A stretch of 60,675 nt of DNA, filler included, from Dimargaris cristalligena (lineage: Eukaryota), in NCBI GenBank assembly GCA_003614675.1. It is 2 parts of 2 records of this genome, joined end to end, with 100 filler letters (N's around TTAATTAATTAA, not from the genome) between each part and the next. Parts side by side here need not be neighbours in the genome. Positions count along the whole stretch, not along the records: positions 30,438 to 60,675 come from ML002463.1; 1 more part is not named here. One strand, 5' to 3'. The notes beneath the pieces were generated by a model, which saw nothing but the letters and a program-made list of their open reading frames with translations, had not been told where the DNA came from and searched no databases. The translations under genes and the position numbers were made by a program. Every line of letters starts with the position of its first letter. Position 1 is the first letter of the stretch. Below are positions 51,683 to 60,675 of this stretch, in pieces.

Positions 51683-53064
51683 ATGTTCACCGGCATCATC
51701 GAACAAATCGGGACTGTCAGGCAGCTCAACATGCCCGAGTCCGTCAACCTGGGCGACGAGGGCGTCACTCTGGTGATCACTCAGGTCGGCGACCTTCTTA
51801 CCGACTGCCACCTGGGGGACAGTATCTGTATCAATGGTAAGCCCTATACCCCTTCCCTCTATTTATGGAAGCTGGCCTCCTTGGGTGGATTTTCGTATAG
51901 TCCGCCGCAGTATATTATTGCAAGGGCAATTTTATCACTATCATTATCCCCCCCTTATCATTTATTTATTTATAGCGTTAGACTCCACTGTGGTTAAGGT
52001 TGCTGATTATTCCGATGCTATTCCGATTTCGGGGTTTAGCCTGAATCACCGAAATTCTAGACCGGTGTATAGCTGGCTGATTGTGGACAGTTTCCCATTC
52101 AATTTTAGGCCCATCCATACCCTCTCTCCACAAACATACACTAATATATAAAAATTTATACACTCCGACCTTCCCGTTTTCCAGGTACTTGCCTCACTGT
52201 GACCGAGATGAACTCGGACAGCTTCAGTTTCGGCCTGTCCCCTGAGACTCTCCGTCGGACCAATTTGGGCCAGCTTAAACGAGGGGATAATGTCAATCTT
52301 GAACGAGCAATGGGCATCTCAACCCGATTCGGCGGCCACTTTGTTCAGGTAAGTGGGGCGTGGCATAATGAAATGTGGGGGACACCATATCGGGGTTCCT
52401 TTTTATTTTATTTTATTTTTATACACCAATACCTTGCCCATATCCGCACTCCCTCCCCCTGGCTTCCAAATCTATTTTGATCCACCATCACATCATGCGT
52501 GTTGCTTTTGGAAGACTAGCCTGTACATGTTGACCGGCTTTCGTGCAACAACACGCACATCAAAACCGGTGGTATATTTTCCCCACCACCTCACTACCTG
52601 CTTGACCTTTTCCTCCTGGCCTTTGGTATTCGACGCTTGCGTTTTTCTCTAACGACCAATTCCCCATGTTGTACTGTCGGAATTTGTATTTTGTTGATTA
52701 GGGCCACGTGGACTCCACTGGTACCATCGTAGCGAAAATACCCGAGGGCAACTCCCTTTGGCTTCGCATTAAGCCCACCGATATTGACCTGCTTAAGAAT
52801 ATCGTACCCAAGGGCTACATCACCGTGGATGGTACATCCCTTACAGTGTGCGAGGTCAACGATAACGAAGGCTGGTTCTCGCTGATGCTGGTGGCTTACA
52901 CCCAAGGTCGCGTGATTCTGCCCACCAAGCCGGAAGGAAGCTTGGTCAATCTGGAGGTTGATATGTTAGGCAAGTATGTGGAGCGCATCGTGGAACACTC
53001 CTTAAACGGCCAAAAGACCCAGGACCGCATTGAAACCCTGGTGCGTCGGGCCCTGCAGAACTAA
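51683..53064 (+). CDS. RIB5: Riboflavin synthase; exons 51683..51836, 52185..52348, 52702..53064, 226 aa
   Basis: MFTGIIE start, [54 protein letters not shown] and [13 protein letters not shown]. Confidence 0.97.
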
Positions 53065-56000
53065 ACCACTCACTTTCCTTATGGTTTTACCCATACACTG
53101 ACATCATTAGGTTTTCGCCCAGGCGATTAAACCGCGGGGAACATTTCATTTTTAATTTTTGCCATTACACCCCTTTCACCTTCAATGGCTGTGATCATTA
53201 CTTTGGGTCACTAGTCGTACATCCTTCCCCTACTCTTCTTCCACATTCGCATTGCCCACTAATAGCATATTTCCCCTGCCTGCTAGGAACCCAGGATTGC
53301 TTGGGGCTATCACCAACTTGGTGATACCCTCCATTAAATAGTATCCATTTATTTCAATCTCTTATAAGCAATAAATAGTGAAAGTAAATCCATGGCCATT
53401 GGTGAGGCGTCCCAATCATAGGATGTATTTAGGCATGAGCTTGAAAAGAGGGGCAGTTTCGATTAAAAAAGGGACAGTGGATTGGTAACATGCTTTTGAA
53501 TCAGCAGGGTCAGTCGATATTGTTTGTAGTGATGTGATTGAATTCTAAGAGGAGGGTGCCAACCACAAATAGCTGCAATGCTAAAGTAGATATTGGCCTT
53601 CCAAGTATTCCTGAAATTACTCTTGGTTAGTAAACTGATGGATGTGTTTGAATTGGTATAGCTGGATGGCCTACATACAGCCAGCTGCCAATGAATAAGG
53701 TCGTGTATTATAGAGACCAGTAAAAACTGATTCCGGCTACAGACCGACTGTCGTGTATGAAATTCGATATACACCCAGTAATAGTGATGGTGATAATTAT
53801 GATAATAACACCAAATACTGGTCCATACTGTAGACGTTTGGGTAGTTGCGGTGCTTTTATTTAGTATTAAAAGAGTAGCCCGCCAATCTAGTTATAGATA
53901 ATGTGAGTTTTAGTTTTGGGATCAGTTTTAGTTAAAGTAATCGAATAGATCAAGGTTAGCGTGTGACGGAAGCCGCTGGGCGCTGTTAGCACTGTTAGGG
54001 ATCCTCAACGTTAGATTCTATTTGGAGGCCGCACACCACCCCAACCTACCAGTCATTGTCTACCTAAACAGGCTATATGATTAGCAAACGGAGACCCACT
54101 CTCTTCCCCAATTATCTATCAGCTGGTTTCTACGGCTTGCGCATAAAGTAACGCGTTCAAATGGACAGATGCCATTCAACCGCCCATGGCAAACCACGGG
54201 GGGATAGATAACCGGTGGGAATTGGGCCAAATCGGCCATGTAGGTGTTCGGATGGCCTACGGTCGGTACAGGGTCTCCGATGGATCGGGCTTCAGCCCTA
54301 GCACCCGGCTCCCCACGATATTTCAGCTTGGTGCTAATCTGTTTCAGCTACGTGGGAAACTCAGATCACGTCGTTGCTGCATGGTTTTCGAGGCAATCGA
54401 CATGTATATAAGTTGGTTAGGGCTTTATTACTTTATTCAAAAAGGCGGGTATAGGTGGCCTTTAACTCGTTTGACTTCGATGTAGAAGCAGCCAAGGAAA
54501 GGGCGCGGGTAGACATTAACCGGCCCAGCGGCTGGACAGCATGGTTTTAGCCATCCGATTTGATCCGACCATAGATAGTCACGCAAAATGGTAACCTAGG
54601 CCTTGACAAGAGCCGGCTATTATGGGGCTATTCGAAGATTTACTAAGCTGTGGTTTGGCCTGGCACGGGTCGTGGACATGTGTAATATTTCACAGTCCCC
54701 TTTCCTTTCTAGAGTCTTCTAGCTAAACTGCCTCTTTTCGTCAGTGTCAGCAGGTGACGCCACTGTGACTTTGTACCAGTGCCCTTAACTGTCACTCTAG
54801 CCGTTCTTAAAGCATGCCAATATTCAGAAGTGGGGTGGCCTTGTACTACTACGACCAGTGTGATTGCTCGATTTCCCAAAATGGACTAGAATGGCAAGGC
54901 GAGGGAGGAGGAGCTTGGTGGTGTTTTACCGCCAATGCTTTTGCTCCATAGCCCCCCCCAATGGTGGCGGTAAAGACAGACTGGGGGAGTCTCAAGGGGT
55001 CGCGGCTCCCGGTTTCGTTGGGTATAGCCACCGCAGGGATTTGGCCCCTGGCTCGTGTGGGGGTGGAGGCATGACAAGGGCAGAGCCCACATTCTCCAAC
55101 ATGGTGGGCACCGGGACAGCTAATCTAAAATGGGATATGGAGATAAAGATGGAGATGCGACATCATTTGTAGTTTGGGCTCAATTTGCGTCCAGGGGTTT
55201 TTCATTATTCTACGGGCGAAGCCTTGTCTACCCATAATCGTGATGCTTAAGACTCAAGTCAATTCCTATAGTCAGACCATAGACGTATCATTAGAAATCC
55301 AACGACCTGTATATACGAGGTGAACTCTGGATCAAGTATGGATTGTAATGGAACTGTACCACCATGTAGGCCGTGGCGCTTGTCGTTGATTTCCTTTTTT
55401 AAACCAGAGGGCAGGTGGGTTTTGGCAGGGAACGGTCTCCACGTCAAGTCCCAGGGGGGTAGTACAGGCCGTCGTCATGAGACTGGGCAAAATATAAGTC
55501 GAGGGCGCGGCGGAGGAGAGAGGGCATTAGTAAATTGATTTATTGACCTTAACGAGACACCGTCGTGTGGCAACCGGGAACCTTCTTAGCCAGTATTTAC
55601 GTCCAATGCAGTTGCAGTACAGAGACTATCGCTGCAGAGTGCTGGTGGAAGTCGGCCAAGCGCAAGTCCGGCATAATGGCAGCGCCAGAGAAATGGCTCG
55701 ACAGGTGGCTGATCTTCTGTGGCAATTATGCTATTGAATGTTGATTCCGAACCATTTTATACCGGTTGGCTAGGGAGGGGAGGTGGGATAGGTTGAAGTA
55801 TGTGCGCTGTACTGGATGACTGTATACCATGGTTAGATCAGGCCACTCGAATATACTGAGGAACCTACTGAACCGACCACGGTAAATCCGGAAAGGAATT
55901 TTGGTAGACACTGTAATGACAAGTATCTATTCTCGGACTTGGACTCGCCAGCAGGTTAATTTAGACGTAGCCATCGGATGGCGCTTGACTCGCGCGGCAT

Positions 56001-56915
56001 GTGTACAGATGTAGGAAACGCCGTTCGTCCGCTTCCTAAGGCGGATTAGCTGGAATTGGGCCTCAGAAACCAGCGAAGGCTCATGGGGAGGCGTTAGGTC
56101 GATGTTATCTATTAGGAGAGTAAAATGAGAAAAAGTGAACAAAGCCCTGGCCAACATTACTGTGCGTCGTGGCGGACCACATTTGCGCAGGATGGCTGTG
56201 GCCGGCTGGCCCCTTTCAACCAGGGTGGCTGCATCAATGAACACGGGAAGTGGTGGTTCAAACTGGATGATCAGACCATTGTGCGCCGAAGCGATGTATA
56301 TCGACCAAGCTGTTGAAATAATAATACTATGATAATAATGTGGTAATAGCTTGGTTAGGTATTAGACTATGATGCCCTTGTAGTATTATTAGTGGTGGTA
56401 CCAGCGAAGGGGGAACCGGCCGGCGGAAAAGAGCAGGGGCGCGTGGTTTGGTAGCGGTGTTCCAGCCCCTATATACTTCTTCACAATACAACCGGTCTCA
56501 AGTAGCCTAGTCGAAGTGTCAGGTCCCCTGAAGACCGCTCGGTCTTTTAAATACCGCCTCTACGGCCGGCCCCCTAATCCGCTACTGCCTCCTCCTTAGT
56601 CTTACCTTTCTTCCTCCTCCTCCTTTTCCGCTAGCTAGTTTATGCCCCCTCGTTCTCTCGGTGTGGGTGTTTTCCCCCTTGTACATTTGAGTTAGTTATT
56701 ATCCATATCGTTCCCGTCACCATTAGTACTGTCTTTAGCCGTCGCTGTTTAATTCCATTAAATTCCATTTCATTTCACACCACCCTCTGCACTCGGTCTC
56801 TGTCATTGTCGCGTGGACCTCCCTATTCCTGCCCACACTGGGGTCTCATAACCACACTCCACTTGGCATTGTATAATCGATCCCTTCTTCGGTTCACTGT
56901 GTCTGCTCCGCCACT

Positions 56916-58277
56916 ATGCTCAAGTACTACAGTGCCCTGACCCAGGTGGTTATTCTGGGCTTCGTCTGCTTTTTCTGCCCCGGTATGTTCAATGCCCTGA
57001 ACAGTATGGGCGGCGGTGGCCAGGTCGACGACACCACCGGCACTAACGCCAATGTAGCGCTGTACACTGCCTTTGCCGTATTCGGCCTACTCGGCGGCGG
57101 CGTCAACAACGTTTTGGGCCCTCGGATCACCATTTTCCTCGGCGGCCTTACCTACGCGCTCTACTCCGGTTCGTTTCTGCACTACAATCACACAAAGCAG
57201 CCGGCCTTCACCATCGCCTCCGGGGGTATCCTGGGGATAGGCGCGGGTCTCCTGTGGGCGGCCCAGGGCTCGCTGATGATGGCCTACCCCACCGAGGACC
57301 GCAAGGGCACCTACATTGCCATTTTCTGGATCATCTTTAACTTGGGCGGCGTATTAGGTGGGCTCATCCCCTTTGGCCTCAACTACAACAGCACGGCGGC
57401 GTCGGTGAATGACGGTACCTACATTGGCTTTCTGGTATTACAGGTTTTCGGGGCCGCCTTAGCCTTTGCGCTGGCGCCGCCGGCCCGGGTGATCAAAGAG
57501 GACGGCACCCATGTGACGATTGAGAAGGAACCCAACCCGCTCAAGGAGGGCCTCAAGGTGCTTAAGCTGTTCACCAACAAGTGGATGCTGATCTTGACCC
57601 CGGCCTTCTTCGCCACCAACTTCTTCTACACCTACCAATTCAACTGCATCAATGGCGTTCTGTTCAACGTGCGTACCCGTGGATTCAACTCGGTGTTTTA
57701 CTGGGCGGCCCAGATGCTGGGGGCCTACGCCTTTGGCCATTTGCTGGACAATCGGCACTACAACCGCCGTAAACGGGGTATTCTGGGCCTGGTCGTGGTC
57801 CTGTTTGGGTTCACCGCGGTGTGGCTCGGCGGTCTCTTCCTACAACTGCAATATACCCGGGAAACACCTGCGACCGCTCTCTACAACCCCCACAACACCA
57901 TTGATTTCAAGGACGCGAGCCGCTTCACGGGCCCCTTTTTCCTCTACTTATTCTACGGCATGATGGACGCGGTATTCCAGGCCTACTGCTACTGGCTGAT
58001 GGGTACCCTGAGCAACGACGCTACCCAACTCTCGCGCTACGCCGGGTATTACAAGGGAGTGCAGAGTGCGGGAGGGGCCGTTGCCTGGCGAATTGACGCT
58101 GTTGGGACCAGCTTCCTGGCCCAGTTTATCGCTAATTGGGCCCTACTGACCGTTAGTATCCCCCTGATGGCCCCGGTGGTCTGGAATATCAAGGACACAA
58201 CCGAATCACCTACTAAAGGGGCCGTCCAAGGGCACGCCAAGGAGGACTCGGTCTACGCCAGCGACGAAAAGCCCTAG
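56916..58277 (+). CDS. UNC-93-like (DUF895) major facilitator superfamily membrane protein
   Basis: Intronless 453-aa multi-pass ORF with QVVILGFVCFFCPGMFNALNSMGGGG, AGLLWAAQG..MMAYP.E..KG.YI.IFW.IFNLGGVLG, FNVRTRGFN and YAGYYKGVQSAG. Confidence 0.92.
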   Translation: MLKYYSALTQVVILGFVCFFCPGMFNALNSMGGGGQVDDTTGTNANVALYTAFAVFGLLGGGVNNVLGPRITIFLGGLTYALYSGSFLHYNHTKQPAFTIASGGILGIGAGLLWAAQGSLMMAYPTEDRKGTYIAIFWIIFNLGGVLGGLIPFGLNYNSTAASVNDGTYIGFLVLQVFGAALAFALAPPARVIKEDGTHVTIEKEPNPLKEGLKVLKLFTNKWMLILTPAFFATNFFYTYQFNCINGVLFNVRTRGFNSVFYWAAQMLGAYAFGHLLDNRHYNRRKRGILGLVVVLFGFTAVWLGGLFLQLQYTRETPATALYNPHNTIDFKDASRFTGPFFLYLFYGMMDAVFQAYCYWLMGTLSNDATQLSRYAGYYKGVQSAGGAVAWRIDAVGTSFLAQFIANWALLTVSIPLMAPVVWNIKDTTESPTKGAVQGHAKEDSVYASDEKP

Positions 58278-59561
58278 TATTTTTTTTCATGAAATGCCTC
58301 TGTATTTTCACCATTGAATATAGCAGCTAATTGTACGGATTCCCTCCGCCTATATGTTATACATCCTTTAAGATGGGCTGGTTGCTCCTACCCCTCGCCG
58401 ACGAAGTCGACAGTACACCTGTGCTCTTATTTGCCAATGGCATTGTTCAACCATTAATGGTATCGGGCTGGGCTAATCCTATGTTTACCCCCTTTACGCT
58501 TACCTAAATATTGCTTAATACAATATATATATATATATTATGTGTTTCGCCCTATCTTGATCTATATGGTGCTTAGCTGACTTGACTTGGGTTGCTGTAA
58601 GCCACGGTCTTGTCGATTGTGTAGAAATGGACATGCGGGTTTCTAAATATAGAGTGGTCGGATCTATTTCAGTTAATCACAGGGTTTTGGGGATAAATCG
58701 GGGAGAAGTATGAGCAAAGTTGTAATACTTGGTCCATAGTCTAGTTTCCGCCGAAGAATAGGAGATTCTTTGGTTTCTATAAAGTATGCTGGGAGCCCTT
58801 AGTTCCACCCGACACATCTTAGATGGCATCAATCGGCCCTCCATTTCCAGAAATTATCGGGTGAGTAGCTTAGGTACTAGTGTATGGAACGAAGGGAGAG
58901 TTTACTCCGCCGCGTGTTTTAATGCCTAAACATGAGCTAGTTTAATGTGTAATCGGTTGTGGTCTATCCAGTCTGAACGAGTTGTGGTCGTGGAGTAGTA
59001 GTGAATGCCCCCACTTCTCTTCTATTAGGAGGGGAATGCCCCGTAAGCTGGTACTATCAGTAGCATCGGCCAACGACGACAGCCCCTTTGCCCTTGTAGT
59101 CGACCCACACCCATTGATATGGTAAGGTAAATCAGCCGAATAGTATGGTAAGGTAAGGTAAGGTGAGGCTGTCCCCTTAAAAGTCATGCCAGCGAGCGTA
59201 ACCAACCGCTGACAGCGTGTATTATTGAGAGTAGGAGGGAGTGTTTTCTATTGGCCCCAACGAGCATTCCCCCAATGGCGTAACGCAGGCCAAATGGGCT
59301 TATCGCCCGATGCCATCAATTCTATTTTGGCTGTGATGAGAGTGGTAGTAGTATTATAGTACAGCTGCGGAGTCCCCCCCTGCCATTATGACCCCGCGGC
59401 AGGTCCTGAGCCGAAGCCCCCCAATTGCTCTTACCGCAACCCACACACATACTATTTCGCTGATTCGCTTTTTGCACGGGCTGTTGTTTCCTTTCGGTGC
59501 TTTTCATTACTTTAAACCTCTCTTTGTTCAGTTCTCTAAATACTCTCGTTTGATCTCCACT

Positions 59562-60665
59562 ATGCTTCAGACTCTCCAGCGTGTTCCCCGGGCCGCCGCC
59601 CAAGCCTCCAAACTGGCCCCCGTTGCCAACGTCCGTCTCGCCCGTTCGGTGTCCGTGACCGCATGGAACCCCACCCGTGCCTATTCTCGGTAAGTGCCTT
59701 TACATTCCTGCCTTCGTCTCCGCCACTTGCTGGATCGAGCCCAATAGCACTTTTGGGGTCATTCATCACTTTACACTACCCAACTCAAGGAATTGACCAG
59801 CCAAGGATTCAATGATGCCATACCTTTCGGTATCACTCCCTCTCTACGATTCACAGGAGTAACCTAAACTTATCCTTCGGTCCCTTTCTATTTTTGCCTA
59901 CATGTACTCCGCCCTACCCTCCTCTATAGCCTCACCCGGCAACTGGGCGCCTCCAGCACCGCTGCCCTCTACCCTAACGCTTCCCGTTACGGGCGTCTCT
60001 ATAGCTCTAAGAGTAAGTTGGCCAATTTCGGTGGATTTGAACTGGTGTTGGTATTTTGTCTTATAGCCTCTACGTATTCGCACTGGCTTGAATAACGCCG
60101 TGCCGCTTGTCCGGTGGTGTGGGTTACTAGGTCTGGTTTCTCAATCGGATCGACGTTCCAAAACGATCCACCCGCTATCGGAACGGCCCCTGATTTTATC
60201 CCTCGACCCCACCCTTCTGGGATGGCGCGGACCCGTCTCCATAATATCTACCTACCTAACATCCACACTATCCACCCCTTCCTTCCTCTACTCCCCCTTT
60301 AATGCCATCCGTCCCTCTATATCTAATCCAATATCCCTGAATGTCAATTCTGCTATTCCTACACCTGGTCAACAGCCTATCCCCCGCACACCCTCATTAC
60401 TATGCCTGCCCTTTCCCCGACCATGACTTCGGGTAACATCGGTTCCTGGCAGAAGCAGGTCGGGGATGAGGTCACCCCTGGTGACGTGCTGGTGGAAATC
60501 GAGACCGACAAGGCCCAGATGGATTTCGAATGCCAGGACGAAGGCTTCGTCGCCAAGATCTTTATCGATTCCGGCTCCAAGGACATCGCCGTCAACCAGG
60601 CCATCGCCGTGCTGGCCGAGAGGGAAAGAAAAGGGAGAGGGAGCATGGTATTAATCGACTCTTAA
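59562..60665 (+). CDS. LAT1: Pyruvate dehydrogenase E2 (dihydrolipoamide acetyltransferase), 5' part only; exons 59562..59689, 59930..60012, 60376..~60620
   Basis: Mitochondrial presequence, then [52 protein letters not shown] (lipoyl domain). Similarity stops after IAVLAE. Confidence 0.85.
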
Positions 60666-60675
60666 CCTACTATGG

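Noticed and set aside
51280..52701. Canonical FMN or TPP riboswitch in RIB5 introns
   Set aside because: Neither aptamer consensus was found by eye.
55900..56060. Kinase glycine-loop-like LGSGRTA on the minus strand
   Set aside because: No downstream kinase motifs, and stops follow soon after.

Overview
Eukaryotic DNA with spliceosomal GT-AG introns, most consistent with an early-diverging fungus (inferred from gene content and style; species not verifiable here). The window is two contigs joined by an artificial spacer (N44-TTAATTAATTAA-N44, 30338-30437), so adjacency across it is not biological. Left contig: a 3-exon Sac7/Bag7-type RhoGAP, a very large IML1/DEPDC5 (GATOR1) gene, a CpG-depleted repeat zone, a secreted MltA-type 3D-domain protein and the 3' end of an SZT2 (KICSTOR scaffold) homologue. 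The repeat zone holds a gag-like relic, a disrupted secreted-protein gene, a MITE family, and two inverted LTR-like arms around a 4-finger C2H2 pseudogene with TGA at the same position in three fingers. Right contig: a small secreted protein, a REEP/HVA22-family protein with a long tail, TMA22/DENR, a 9-exon Atg38/NRBF2-like gene, NSA1/WDR74, HMT1/PRMT1, RPS1, RIB5, an UNC-93-like MFS transporter and the 5' part of LAT1. Exon structures were built by hand with phase checks; family assignments rest on recalled motifs, not searches. Best leads: the SZT2 homologue linked to DEPDC5, the zinc-finger cassette, and the bacterial-type lytic transglycosylase domain.
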